This document shows, one piece after another, positions 17,811 through 27,754 of a stretch of 64,000 nt of DNA. This DNA is from an uncultured Actinomycetes bacterium. Lineage in GTDB: Bacteria > Actinomycetota > UBA4738 > HRBIN12. Below the pieces are notes generated by a model. It had not been told where the DNA came from and ran no database searches. It saw only the letters and a list, made by a program, of their open reading frames with translations. Where the stretch lies: positions 219,931-283,930 of the forward strand of contig CAWKKN010000001.1 in the NCBI GenBank assembly GCA_963850315.1, given 5' to 3'. Numbering within the stretch: the first letter of the stretch is position 1; every line of letters starts with the position of its first letter. The position numbers were made by a program, and so were the translations under genes.

Positions 17811-18569
17811 CTACCTCGGCAGGAACCGGGTCATCAGCGCCACCTCCGAGACGAAACCGGTGACGACGGCCAGATAGTAGAAGCCCGTGGCCGACTGCAC
17901 CGCCGACGCTCGCTCTCCCCGCAGCGCGAGGCGCGTGAGCACGGCGATCAGCAGGGTCGTCCCCGTCATCCCCAGCGCGATCCAGGGCGCGAGGGCACCC
18001 GCCGTGAGGAGCGGGTTCAGCGTCGGGGACGAGGCGACGCCCCTGAAGCCTCCGGCCACCACGGACAGCGCCTGCACTACGACCGACACCAGCATCGCGA
18101 TGGTGGCGCGGTTGATCGGACCACGCCCGAGGCCCCGATCGGTGAGGTACCAGTGACCCAGCAGCAGACCGTTCGTGATGGAACCGAGATAGGCGGCGCC
18201 AGCGAGCAGCTGGAATGCGGACACGGCATAGCTCTGACGACCCGTGGCCGCCAGGGCCAGCAGCACCGAGAGCGAGACCGGGACGCTCAGCCAGCCGAGG
18301 GGGCGAGCCACAGCTCCCCGTTTCGCCGTGAGCGCGATCACCGTGAGGAGCACCAGGACCAGCGTGGCGAGGGCAAGGTGGACCGCCCAGGCGCCGGCCC
18401 GATCTCCCGGGATCGACCCGGCGCGGGCCGACCACCAGGCGGTGAACGCGAGCACGAGCTGGATCCACGCGACGAGCGTGAAGAAACCGCGGCGAACGTC
18501 GTGCCACAGCGGGAGGAGCCACAGGAAGGCGATCGACCCGGCGACGACCTCGCACAGCACGAGCGCCAT
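17811..18569 (-). CDS. Polytopic membrane protein of unknown function (about 7 TM)
   Basis: ATG 18569 (MALVLCEV). Hydrophobic helices throughout. I recognise no family motif (LLLGHWYLTDRGLG noted). Confidence 0.55.
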   Translation of the reverse strand: MALVLCEVVAGSIAFLWLLPLWHDVRRGFFTLVAWIQLVLAFTAWWSARAGSIPGDRAGAWAVHLALATLVLVLLTVIALTAKRGAVARPLGWLSVPVSLSVLLALAATGRQSYAVSAFQLLAGAAYLGSITNGLLLGHWYLTDRGLGRGPINRATIAMLVSVVVQALSVVAGGFRGVASSPTLNPLLTAGALAPWIALGMTGTTLLIAVLTRLALRGERASAVQSATGFYYLAVVTGFVSEVALMTRFLPR

Positions 18570-18682
18570 GTAGCCGCCCGCACCCCTCAACCCGCCCCCC
18601 TCACCCGTCGCCCCCTTCCTCGGCCCCGCTCGTACGGGCGCCTAGCCTACCGGGCACTCCCCTGCCACCCCGCCCGGTACCC

Positions 18683-19483
18683 TTGCGGGCCGTGAACGAC
18701 TGGCGGACCTACGACGACGTCGCCGAAACCTACGAGCGGGTGCATGCCTCCCGCTTCGCGGAGGTCGCCCGCGACCTGTTGCTGCTCGCCGGGCTCCCGG
18801 AGGGCGCTCGTGTCCTCGACGTGGGGACGGGGACGGGGGTCGCGGCGCAGGTGGCGGCCGAGGCCGGCCATGCCGTCGTCGGGGTGGACGAGTCACCCGG
18901 CATGCTGCGTGTGGGGCATCGCGTGCGACCCGGTCTGCCGCTCGTGGCCGCGACCGCGATCGATCTTCCCTTCCCCGATCGATCGTTCGACGCGGTGGTG
19001 GGAAGCTTCGTCCTGGCCCACTTCACCAAGGTGGAGACGGCCCTGTTCGACGCGATCCGAGTGCTCAACGCCGGCGGACGCGTGGCGTTCTCATCGTGGG
19101 CCGACGGTGTCGACGACTACCAGCTCGCATGGCGCGAGCAGGTGGAGTCGGTGGTGCCCAGAGAGATGCTCGCACCCGCGTTCGCGGAGGCGGCGCCCTG
19201 GCACGACCGCTTCCGCCACCGAGACGCGCTGGAGGAGGTCCTGGCGGACGCGGGCTTGCGCCACATCCGCACCGAGGCCACTCCCTACCGGTGGACGTAC
19301 ACCCTGGACGACTACGTCGACGGCTTGAGTGTGTGGGCGATCGGTCGGTTCGTCCGCGACATGCTGGGCGAGCGCGGCTGGGAAGACTTCATGGGCCGCA
19401 CGCGCGCGGCGTTCGCGGCGCGATTCGCCGACCCATTGAACGACTTCCGCGAGGTCATCTTGGCGGTCGCAACGAAGCCGTAG
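18683..19483 (+). CDS. Class I SAM-dependent methyltransferase
   Basis: VLDVGTGTGV (motif I), FDAVVGSFVLAHF, LNAGGRVAF. Start is TTG 18683 or GTG 18692. Confidence 0.85.
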   Translation: MRAVNDWRTYDDVAETYERVHASRFAEVARDLLLLAGLPEGARVLDVGTGTGVAAQVAAEAGHAVVGVDESPGMLRVGHRVRPGLPLVAATAIDLPFPDRSFDAVVGSFVLAHFTKVETALFDAIRVLNAGGRVAFSSWADGVDDYQLAWREQVESVVPREMLAPAFAEAAPWHDRFRHRDALEEVLADAGLRHIRTEATPYRWTYTLDDYVDGLSVWAIGRFVRDMLGERGWEDFMGRTRAAFAARFADPLNDFREVILAVATKP

Positions 19484-19572
19484 GGACTTCCCACCGGCTC
19501 TGCGTCGGTCAACCCGCGTTCTCGCCGTTTAAGGTGAGGATCGCAACGGGGACCGACCCCTTGGAGGCAGCG

Positions 19573-20691
19573 GTGAGGCACCTCGATCGCGATGGGTTCG
19601 CCGGACTCCTCTCGCTGCTCGCCCAGCGAGGCTTCGAGGTGATCGGCCCGACGGTCCGCGACGGCGCGATCATGCTCGAACGGATCGACGGCGTGGACGA
19701 TCTTCCTCGCGGCATGCGCGAGATCCATGGGCCCGGGACCTACCGGCTCCAGGATGCCGGCGACGATCGGCTCTTCGCGTGGGCCCACGGCCCGGACGCT
19801 GGCAAGCGCTTCTTGTTCCCTTCCCGAGAGACCATCCTTACGGGTACCCGCGAGGTGAACGGTCCGATCGACCTGATGCCGGCCCCGCTGCCCGAGATCC
19901 GATACGCGTTCGTCGGACTCCGCTCCTGCGACCTGCACGCGATCGAGATCCAGGACCGGGTGTTCCTCGACGCGGACCCCGCCTACCGGGCGCGCCGACA
20001 GGGCGCGATCTTCATCGGCGTCAACTGCGAGATCCCGGGCGCGACGTGCTTCTGCACCTCGATGGACACCGGTCCGCGGTGTTCGATGGGCTTCGACCTA
20101 GCGCTCACCGAGCTGGAGGACGGCGGGTTCACGGTCGAGATCGGCACCGAGGTGGGCGCCGGGCTCTTGGATGAACTCCACGCCGGGGCGGCGAGTGAGG
20201 AGCAGATCGGCGCCTCCCACGAGGTGACCGTCCGCGCCAAGGAGGCGATGGGAAGGCAGCTGGACACGACGGACCTGCCGAACCTGCTGCACCGGAACCG
20301 AGAGCACCCGCGATGGGATGACGTGGCGTCCCGATGCCTCACGTGCACGAACTGCACGATGGTCTGTCCGACCTGCTTCTGCCACGACCTCTCCGACGAG
20401 ATCTCACTCGACGGCCTTCGCGCCGCCCGCACCCGTGAGTGGGCGAGCTGCTTCACCGAAGAGTTCAGCCACATGTCCTTCGGTGAGGTTCGCTCGAGTC
20501 CGCGATCGCGGTACCGGCAGTGGCTCACGCACAAGTTCGCCTCGTGGATCGATCAGTTCGGAACCAGCGGCTGTGTGGGATGCGGTCGGTGCGTCACCTG
20601 GTGCCCGGTGGGGATCGACGTCACGGAGGAGATCGCGGTGATCCGGGCCTCCGACGGCGAGGTTCGGATCGCCGACGAGGTGATCTCGTGA
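19573..20691 (+). CDS. [NiFe] hydrogenase group-3b-type beta subunit (AsrA-like Fe-S protein)
   Basis: GTG 19573 follows GGAGGCAGCG. Cys clusters: CEIPGATCFC, CLTCTNCTMVCPTCFC, CVGCGRCVTWCP. Confidence 0.8.
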   Translation: MRHLDRDGFAGLLSLLAQRGFEVIGPTVRDGAIMLERIDGVDDLPRGMREIHGPGTYRLQDAGDDRLFAWAHGPDAGKRFLFPSRETILTGTREVNGPIDLMPAPLPEIRYAFVGLRSCDLHAIEIQDRVFLDADPAYRARRQGAIFIGVNCEIPGATCFCTSMDTGPRCSMGFDLALTELEDGGFTVEIGTEVGAGLLDELHAGAASEEQIGASHEVTVRAKEAMGRQLDTTDLPNLLHRNREHPRWDDVASRCLTCTNCTMVCPTCFCHDLSDEISLDGLRAARTREWASCFTEEFSHMSFGEVRSSPRSRYRQWLTHKFASWIDQFGTSGCVGCGRCVTWCPVGIDVTEEIAVIRASDGEVRIADEVIS

Positions 20692-21551
20692 TGGCGATCC
20701 AGGCGCGCGAACGATGGGTCGCCGGGGTGCCGACGTATGTCGCCACGGTCGATGAGGTGGTCCGCTCCGCGGCGGACACCTACACGTATTGGGCGCGGCT
20801 GGACGACCCCGACGCGCGGACCGCCTACCGCTTCCTTCCGGGACAGATCTCGATGGTGGGTGTGTTCGGCGTCGGGGAGGTGCCGATCAGCGTCTCGAGC
20901 GATCCGGCGGAGACCGAGCGGATCGCGCACACGATCCGCATCTGTGGCCGGGTGACGCATGTGATCGATCGCGTTCGGCCGGGGGATCGGATCACCTTGC
21001 GAGGCCCGGTCGGCCGGCCGTGGCCGCTCGAGGAGGCGCGGGGCGGAGACCTGGTAGTCGTCGCCGGCGGGCTGGGTCTCGCTCCGTTGCGCTCGGCGAT
21101 CTACAGCGCCGTCCGCTCGGGATCGTTCCGTCGGGTCCTGCTGTTGGTGGGAGCCCGCGACCCGTCGCAGATCCTGTTCCGCGACGAGCTGGAGACGTGG
21201 CGAGCGAACGGCGCGCCCGGGCTGGAGGTGCACCTCACCGTCGACGTGCCGGACGATGCGTGGCCGTACCACGAGGGCGTCGTGACCGGTCTGTTCGGCG
21301 ACGCCGGGATCGAGCCCGAGGTGTCGACGGTCCTGACCTGCGGCCCGGAGATCATGATGCGCTTCGTGATGCGCGACCTCTCCCGCCTGGGGATCCCCGA
21401 CGAACGCCTCTGGCTCACGCTGGAGCGGAACATGCACTGCGCGGTGAAGCTCTGCGGTCACTGTCAGCTGGGCCCCTGGTTCGTCTGCGCGGACGGCCCG
21501 ATCTTCCGGTGGGACCAGGTGGCGGGTCTGCTCGAGGTGGACGAGCTGTGA
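20691..21551 (+). CDS. [NiFe] hydrogenase group-3b-type gamma subunit (AsrB/PyrK-like FAD/NAD(P)-binding 2Fe-2S protein)
   Basis: RFLPGQISMV, VVVAGGLGLAPL and C-terminal CAVKLCGHCQLGPWFVC. The start overlaps the beta-subunit stop. Confidence 0.85.
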   Translation: MAIQARERWVAGVPTYVATVDEVVRSAADTYTYWARLDDPDARTAYRFLPGQISMVGVFGVGEVPISVSSDPAETERIAHTIRICGRVTHVIDRVRPGDRITLRGPVGRPWPLEEARGGDLVVVAGGLGLAPLRSAIYSAVRSGSFRRVLLLVGARDPSQILFRDELETWRANGAPGLEVHLTVDVPDDAWPYHEGVVTGLFGDAGIEPEVSTVLTCGPEIMMRFVMRDLSRLGIPDERLWLTLERNMHCAVKLCGHCQLGPWFVCADGPIFRWDQVAGLLEVDEL

Positions 21552-22339
21552 GCGACGCGGCGCTTCCGCGCGTGGCGGTGTTCAAGATGGCCTCGTGCGA
21601 CGGCTGCCAGCTCCAGCTGCTCGACGCCGAGGAGGCGCTGCTGGAGCTGGCGGGGGCGATCACGATCGCGAACTTCGCGGAGGCGTCCTCGGCGATGGAC
21701 GACGGTCCCTACGACGTGACGCTCGTCGAGGGCTCGGTCTCCTCACCCGAACAGCTCGATCAGCTGCGGTCGATCCGCGAGCGGTCGCACTTCTTGATGA
21801 CGATCGGTGCGTGCGCGACGTCGGGAGGGGTCCAGGCGCTCCGCAACGGCCGCGACATCGACGAGTACATCAGGGCCGTCTACGCGAACCCCGAGTTCAT
21901 CGACACGCTCGCGGAGTCCACGCCGATCGCCGATCACGTGAAGGTCGACCTCGAACTGACCGGATGTCCGGTGGATCGGGGTCAATTGCTCGCCGCGCTG
22001 GCCTGGCTGATCCAGGGTTCCGTGCCTCGTCCGCCCACCACGCCCGTCTGCATCGAGTGCAAGCGTCGAGGGTATGTGTGCGTGATGGTCGCGAAGGGCG
22101 AACCGTGCCTGGGACCGGTCACGCGCACCGGCTGCGGAGCGATCTGCCCCGGCATGGGTCGAGGCTGCTACGGCTGCTTCGGCCCCTCCCAGCCGCCGAA
22201 CACCGAGGCGCTTGCCCGCACCTTCCTCGATCTCGGCATGGCGCCCTCACGGGTCGCCGACTCCTTCCGCTTCATCACGGGCTACGCGCCGGCCTTCCGC
22301 GAGGCTGCGGATCGCCTCGAACGGGAGGGCGGCGCGTGA
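21548..22339 (+). CDS. [NiFe] hydrogenase small (delta) subunit
   Basis: GTG 21548 overlaps the upstream stop (GTGA). MASCDGCQ, GACATSGG, TGCP, and distal cysteines CIECKRRGYVC and CGAICPGMGRGCYGC. Confidence 0.9.
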   Translation: MSDAALPRVAVFKMASCDGCQLQLLDAEEALLELAGAITIANFAEASSAMDDGPYDVTLVEGSVSSPEQLDQLRSIRERSHFLMTIGACATSGGVQALRNGRDIDEYIRAVYANPEFIDTLAESTPIADHVKVDLELTGCPVDRGQLLAALAWLIQGSVPRPPTTPVCIECKRRGYVCVMVAKGEPCLGPVTRTGCGAICPGMGRGCYGCFGPSQPPNTEALARTFLDLGMAPSRVADSFRFITGYAPAFREAADRLEREGGA

Positions 22340-23631
22340 CCCATCGATCGGTCGAGGTGCCCGTCGTCGCCCGCGTGGAGGGCGAGGGTGCGCTGCACAT
22401 CGTCATCGACGACGACGTGATCACCCGGCTCGAGCTTCAGATCTACGAGCCGCCCCGCTTCTTCGAGGCGTTCTTGCGCGGCCGTCAGTTCAGCGAGGTG
22501 CCGGACATCGTCCCCCGCATATGCGGCATCTGCCCGGTCGCCTACCAGATGAGCGCCATCCACGGTCTGGAGCGGCTCTTCGAGGTGGAGGTTCCGCCCG
22601 GAACCCACGAGCTCCGGCGCCTCCTCTACTGCGGCGAGTGGATCGAGAGCCACATGCTCCACGTCCATCTGTTGGCTCTGCCCGACTACCTGGGGTTCGA
22701 CGACGCGATCCAACTGGTGCGCGCGGGCTTCAAGGAGGCGGTCGAGCGGGGACTCCGTCTGAAGCGGCTGGGCAACGACCTCATGGCCGCGATCGGCGGG
22801 CGCGAGATCCACCCGGTCAGCCCGCGTGTCGGCGGGTTCTCGAAAGCCGTCGCCGCCCGCACGCTCCGCGAGTTCCGGCCGAGGCTCGAGGACGCACTGG
22901 TGGAGATCCTAGAGGTCGCCGACCTGGTCGCCTCGTTGGAGATCCCCGTGTTCCCTCGTTCCGCGGAGATGGTCTCGCTGACGCACCCCACCGAGTACGC
23001 GATCAACGAGGGGACCATGGCATCCACGCAGGGCCGCGCCTGGTCCTTCGCGGACTACGAGGAGGTGTCCCACGAGATCCAGGTCGCACACTCGAACGCG
23101 CTGCACTCTGTGTTCTCCGATACCGGGACCCCGTACTTCCTCGGTCCGCTCGCTCGCGTCGTCCTGAACCAGGAGCGGCTGACGCCGATCGCCCGGGAAG
23201 CGGCGGCGCGCGCCGGGCTCGACCTGTCGACCGTCGACCCCTTCGCGTCCATGGCGGCGCGCGTCGTCGAGACCGCCCTGGCGCTGGAGGAGAGCCTTCG
23301 GCTGATCGCGGCCTACGAGCCTCCCGACCCGCCCTCCGTTGCGGTACGGCCGCGGGCGGGCCGCGCCACCTGGGCCACGGAGGCGCCGCGGGGCACGCTC
23401 TACCACCGCTACGACGTCGCGGACGACGGTACGATCCTGGAAGCGAAGATCGTGCCCCCCACCTCGCAGAACCTGCGCCACATGGAGAAGGATCTACGGG
23501 AGTTCCTGCCGGGCGTGCTCGACCGTTCCGACGCGGAGCTGACGAGGCTGTCGGAGATGGTCGTGCGCAACTACGACCCGTGCATCAGCTGTGCCACGCA
23601 CTTCCTGCGGCTCGACGTCGAGCGGGTCTAG
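22336..23631 (+). CDS. [NiFe] hydrogenase large (alpha) subunit
   Basis: GTG 22336 (GTGA overlap). N-terminal RICGICP and C-terminal DPCISCATH nickel-binding motifs, followed by a 9-residue tail (FLRLDVERV) of the kind removed by the maturation protease. Confidence 0.9.
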   Translation: MTHRSVEVPVVARVEGEGALHIVIDDDVITRLELQIYEPPRFFEAFLRGRQFSEVPDIVPRICGICPVAYQMSAIHGLERLFEVEVPPGTHELRRLLYCGEWIESHMLHVHLLALPDYLGFDDAIQLVRAGFKEAVERGLRLKRLGNDLMAAIGGREIHPVSPRVGGFSKAVAARTLREFRPRLEDALVEILEVADLVASLEIPVFPRSAEMVSLTHPTEYAINEGTMASTQGRAWSFADYEEVSHEIQVAHSNALHSVFSDTGTPYFLGPLARVVLNQERLTPIAREAAARAGLDLSTVDPFASMAARVVETALALEESLRLIAAYEPPDPPSVAVRPRAGRATWATEAPRGTLYHRYDVADDGTILEAKIVPPTSQNLRHMEKDLREFLPGVLDRSDAELTRLSEMVVRNYDPCISCATHFLRLDVERV

Positions 23632-23632
23632 C

Positions 23633-24088
23633 GTGCTGGTCCGCGTGATCGGCTGCGGGAACCCCGGCGCCGGCGACGACGCCGCCGGGCTGATCGTCGC
23701 CGAGGACGTCCGAGCCCGCGCACCGGAGAACGTCGACGTCGTCCGGTCGCGCGACCCGCTTCGCGTGCTGGACCTCCTCGAGGGCGCGGACCGCGTGATC
23801 GTCGTCGACGCCGTGCGATCCACGCTCGGAGGGCGCGCCCCCGGAACCCTCGTGCGGGCCGAGGCCGGGCCGGATGGGCTGCCTGCAGAGCTCCGCTCTT
23901 CGCTGTCGTCGCACGGTCTCGGCATCGCGGAGACGATCGGCATCGCCGCCGCCGTGGGGAGCACCGCGCCGATCGTCTTCCACGGCGTCGAGGCCGGCAC
24001 GGTCGAGGTGGGCTCGGACCTCTCCGAGGAGGTACGAGCGGCGTTGCCGGGCCTGGTCGACGCGGTGCTCGCCGACGTGACGCGATGA
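23633..24088 (+). CDS. Hydrogenase maturation endopeptidase (HoxW/HyaD/HycI family)
   Basis: GTG 23633. VIGCGNPGAGDDAAG, VVDAV, SSHGLGIAE. Confidence 0.85.
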   Translation: MLVRVIGCGNPGAGDDAAGLIVAEDVRARAPENVDVVRSRDPLRVLDLLEGADRVIVVDAVRSTLGGRAPGTLVRAEAGPDGLPAELRSSLSSHGLGIAETIGIAAAVGSTAPIVFHGVEAGTVEVGSDLSEEVRAALPGLVDAVLADVTR

Positions 24089-26367
24089 GCAGCGCCGTGG
24101 CCACCGCCGAGGCTCGGCTCCTCGAGGTCGTCGGTGTCGTCCAAGGGGTCGGCTTCCGGCCGTTCGTCGTCGGGCTGGCGGCCCGATACGGCGTCACGGG
24201 CTGGATCCGCAACGACGGCGGGCATGTCACCATCCATGCGGAAGCCCCGCTCGGGGCCCTCGACGCGTTCGCGGCGGCGATCCGAGCCGAGGCGCCGCCG
24301 CTGGCGCGGGTCGAGTCGGTCGCGTGGACGACGATCCCGCGGCGGGGACCAGTCTCCTTCTCCGTGGATGCCTCGACCGATGCCGCCGCGGGCGTGCGGT
24401 TGGTGCCCCCCGATGCCGCGACCTGCGCGAGATGCCTCGAGGAGCTGTTCGATCCGTCGGATCGACGCTTCCACTATCCCTTCATCAACTGCACGAACTG
24501 TGGTCCTCGTTTCACGATCATCGGATCGCTTCCTTACGACCGAGCGAGCACCTCGATGCGCGCGTTCGCGATGTGCGAGGACTGCCGTCGCGAGTATGAA
24601 GATCCGGGCGATCGTCGCTTCCATGCGGAGCCGATCGCCTGCCCCGCCTGCGGACCGCGCCTTCGGCTGGTCGATCGTGCCGGCCTCGCGCTCCCCGGTG
24701 ATCCGGTCGCGATCGCGGCGGAGCTGCTGCGTTCGGGCTCGATCGTCGCGCTGAAAGGACTCGGCGGGTTCCACCTTGCATGCGATGCGCTCGCGGACGC
24801 CGTCGTGCAGGAGCTCCGCGTCCGCAAGCGTCGGCCCGACAAGCCGTTCGCGGTCATGGTCCGCGACCTCGACGACGCGTGCCGGCGCTTCGATGTGCCC
24901 GACGTGGCAGCGGCCGAGCTCGCCTCCTGGCGGGCCCCGATCGTCCTGGTGAGCGACCGGGGAACCCTCGCGCCCGCCGTCGCGCCCGGTCACCGCCGGC
25001 AGGGCACGATGCTCCCGTCGACGCCGCTGCATCACCTCCTAGCGCGGGCCGCCGGCACACCCCTGGTCATGACGAGTGGGAACGTGAGCGACGAGCCGAT
25101 CTGCATCGCCGACGAGGACGCGCTTCACCGGCTCGACGGCATCGCGGACGCGTTCCTCCTGCACGACCGGCCGATCGTCGCCCGGTACGACGATAGCGTC
25201 CTGTTCGTTCGAAGCGGCGATCGATCCCCGACCGTGCTGCGACGCGCACGCTCCGAGGCACCGCAGCCGATCCGCCTTCGCCGCCCGGTCGGGCGCACCG
25301 TGCTCGGGACGGGCGCCGAGCTGCACGGGGCCTTCTGCGTCGTTGCGGGCGATCGGGCGTACCTCTCCCAGCACATCGGGGACCTCGAGTCGGAGGAGGC
25401 GATGGACGCCTACCGGGACGCCTACGACGCCTCGCGGCGCGTCTTCCGCACAGAACCGGAGCTCGTCGCCCACGACCTGCACCCGGATCTGATGACGACG
25501 AGGTTCGCCGAAGGACTCGGCATCCCGTGCGTCGCCGTTCAGCACCATCATGCTCACATCGCCGCAACGATGGCCGAGCACGGGCTCGACGGCGAGGTGC
25601 TGGGGATCGCGTTCGATGGCCTCGGCCTCGGCGAGGACGGCACGATCTGGGGCGGTGAGCTGCTGCGATGCACGCCCGCCGGGTCGCAGCGCCTCGGGCG
25701 GCTCCGGCCGGTGCGCCAGCCGGGGGGGGACGCCGCTGCGCGCCATCCCTGGCGGATGGCCGTCGCGCACGCCGCCGCCGCCGGCATCCTCGAGGACGCG
25801 TTGCCGCTGCTGGAGGTTCCCGAGGAAGACGTCGGCATCGTGCTCGGCCAGATCCGCTCCGGCCTTGCCTCTCCGCAGACCAGCTCGGTGGGACGCCTGT
25901 TCGACGCGGTCGCCGCACTTCTCGGGATCTGCCGGCGTGCCACCTACGATGGCCAGGCGGCCGGCCTCCTCGAACAGGCTGCGGCGCCGGAGCCGCGTCG
26001 CGTGCCGGTGCGGGCCGACGTTGGGGTCCGCGACGGACTGACGGAGATCGATGCGAGCCAGATCGTTCGCTGGGTCGCGGCCGCGATCGAGACCGAACAG
26101 CCGGTCGGAGAGATCGCGGCGGGCTTCCACGCCTCGCTCGCCGAGGCGGTCGCTCGCGCCTGCGTCTCGATCCGAACGCACGGCGAGCTGACCACCCATC
26201 GGATCGTCCTGGGGGGCGGCGTGTTCCACAACGACCTCCTCACGTCGGACCTGGTGCGCCGGTTGACGGGAGCGGGCTTCAAGGTGTTCCTTCCGAGGGA
26301 AGTGCCCGTGGGCGACGGCGGCATCGCGCTCGGGCAGGCCTACGTCGCCGCGGCGAGGGGAGCCTGA
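24085..26367 (+). CDS. hypF: Carbamoyltransferase HypF
   Basis: Acylphosphatase domain VQGVGFRPFV. Two zinc-finger pairs (CARCLEEL..CTNCGPRF and CEDCRREY..CPACGPRL). YrdC-like and Kae1-like domains. 760 aa. Confidence 0.95.
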   Translation: MSSAVATAEARLLEVVGVVQGVGFRPFVVGLAARYGVTGWIRNDGGHVTIHAEAPLGALDAFAAAIRAEAPPLARVESVAWTTIPRRGPVSFSVDASTDAAAGVRLVPPDAATCARCLEELFDPSDRRFHYPFINCTNCGPRFTIIGSLPYDRASTSMRAFAMCEDCRREYEDPGDRRFHAEPIACPACGPRLRLVDRAGLALPGDPVAIAAELLRSGSIVALKGLGGFHLACDALADAVVQELRVRKRRPDKPFAVMVRDLDDACRRFDVPDVAAAELASWRAPIVLVSDRGTLAPAVAPGHRRQGTMLPSTPLHHLLARAAGTPLVMTSGNVSDEPICIADEDALHRLDGIADAFLLHDRPIVARYDDSVLFVRSGDRSPTVLRRARSEAPQPIRLRRPVGRTVLGTGAELHGAFCVVAGDRAYLSQHIGDLESEEAMDAYRDAYDASRRVFRTEPELVAHDLHPDLMTTRFAEGLGIPCVAVQHHHAHIAATMAEHGLDGEVLGIAFDGLGLGEDGTIWGGELLRCTPAGSQRLGRLRPVRQPGGDAAARHPWRMAVAHAAAAGILEDALPLLEVPEEDVGIVLGQIRSGLASPQTSSVGRLFDAVAALLGICRRATYDGQAAGLLEQAAAPEPRRVPVRADVGVRDGLTEIDASQIVRWVAAAIETEQPVGEIAAGFHASLAEAVARACVSIRTHGELTTHRIVLGGGVFHNDLLTSDLVRRLTGAGFKVFLPREVPVGDGGIALGQAYVAAARGA

Positions 26368-26368
26368 C

Positions 26369-26647
26369 ATGTGCCTCGGCGTACCCGGCAAGGTGGTCGA
26401 GATCTTCGAGCGGGACGGCATCCGGATGGGAACCGTCGACTTCGGGGGCATCCGTCGTGATGCTTGCCTCGAGTACGCGCCGGAGGTGGGCCTCGGCAAC
26501 TTCGTGGTGATCCACGTGGGGTTCGCGATCAGCACGGTCGACGAAGAGGAGGCCGCGCGTTCCTATGCCCTGCTGGCCGAGATGGACAACCTCGAGAACA
26601 TCGACCTGCCCCAGGATCCCGAAGGCGTGCGGCCGGAGGCCTTCTGA
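26369..26647 (+). CDS. hypC: Hydrogenase assembly chaperone HypC
   Basis: Starts MCLGVPGKVVE. 92 aa. Confidence 0.9.
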   Translation: MCLGVPGKVVEIFERDGIRMGTVDFGGIRRDACLEYAPEVGLGNFVVIHVGFAISTVDEEEAARSYALLAEMDNLENIDLPQDPEGVRPEAF

Positions 26648-27754
26648 ATGAAATACCTGGACGAGTATCGCGACGACCGCGTGGCACTGTCGCTGGTGGA
26701 CAGGATCAGGGAATCCACCACGCGACCCTGGACGATGATGGAAGTGTGCGGTGGCCAGACGCACACGCTGATCCGTCAGGGGATCGACCAGGTGCTCCCG
26801 AGCGAGATCGAGCTGGTCCATGGACCCGGTTGTCCCGTGTGCGTGACCCCCATCGCGCTGATCGACGAGGCCGTGGCGATCGCGAAGCGCCCGGAGGCGA
26901 TCGTCTGCTCCTTCGGCGACATGCTCCGCGTGCCCGGGTCTTCGCAGGACCTGTTCATGGCGCGGGCGGTGGGCGGCGACGTGCGTGTCGTGTATTCACC
27001 GCTCGATGCCCTCGAGGTTGCTCGACGCAATCCCGACCGGACCGTGGTGTTCTTCGCCGTCGGGTTCGAAACGACCGCGCCGGCGAACGCGATGGCGGTC
27101 AAGCAGGCGCACCGGTTGGGGATCGAGAACTTCGCGCTGCTCGTGGCGCACGTGCTGGTTCCACCCGCGATCACGGCGATCCTGGTGTCGCCCGGCAACC
27201 GCGTTCAGGGGTTCCTCGCCCCGGGCCATGTGTGCGCGATCCAAGGCTGGCGGGAGTACGAGCCGATCGCCCGCGACTTCGGCGTGCCGCTCGTGGTGAC
27301 CGGGTTCGAACCGATCGATCTGCTCGAAGGGATCCTGATGTTGGTACGGCAGCTCGAGGAAGGTCGTTCCGACGTTGAGAACCAGTACGTGCGTGCGGTG
27401 GTCCGCGACGGGAACGTGGCCGCACAGCGGGTCGTCAACGAGGTCTTCGAGTCGGCAGATCGCGCGTGGCGGGGCATCGGGGTGATCGAGAGCAGCGGGC
27501 TCAAGCTGCGTCCGGACTACGCCCACCACGATGCCGAGGTGCTGTTCCCGCACGAGGGGGAACCGCCCGCCAGCGAGTCCGAGGTGTGCATCGCGGGTCA
27601 GGTCCTGCGTGGCCTCGCGAAGCCGCACGACTGTCCTGCGTTCGGGACCGACTGCACGCCCGAACACCCGCTCGGTGCCCCGATGGTCTCGACCGAAGGC
27701 GCGTGCGCGGCCTACTTCCTGGCCGGTCGCGTCCGGCAGGAGGCGCCCGCGTGA
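26648..27754 (+). CDS. hypD: Hydrogenase formation protein HypD
   Basis: [25 protein letters not shown]. Confidence 0.95.
   Translation: MKYLDEYRDDRVALSLVDRIRESTTRPWTMMEVCGGQTHTLIRQGIDQVLPSEIELVHGPGCPVCVTPIALIDEAVAIAKRPEAIVCSFGDMLRVPGSSQDLFMARAVGGDVRVVYSPLDALEVARRNPDRTVVFFAVGFETTAPANAMAVKQAHRLGIENFALLVAHVLVPPAITAILVSPGNRVQGFLAPGHVCAIQGWREYEPIARDFGVPLVVTGFEPIDLLEGILMLVRQLEEGRSDVENQYVRAVVRDGNVAAQRVVNEVFESADRAWRGIGVIESSGLKLRPDYAHHDAEVLFPHEGEPPASESEVCIAGQVLRGLAKPHDCPAFGTDCTPEHPLGAPMVSTEGACAAYFLAGRVRQEAPA

Noticed and set aside
27055-27320. GGTTCGAA strings resembling tRNA T-arms
   Set aside because: Both lie inside the hypD reading frame (VGFETT and TGFEPI). No acceptor or anticodon stems can be drawn around them. 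I found no credible tRNA anywhere in the window.
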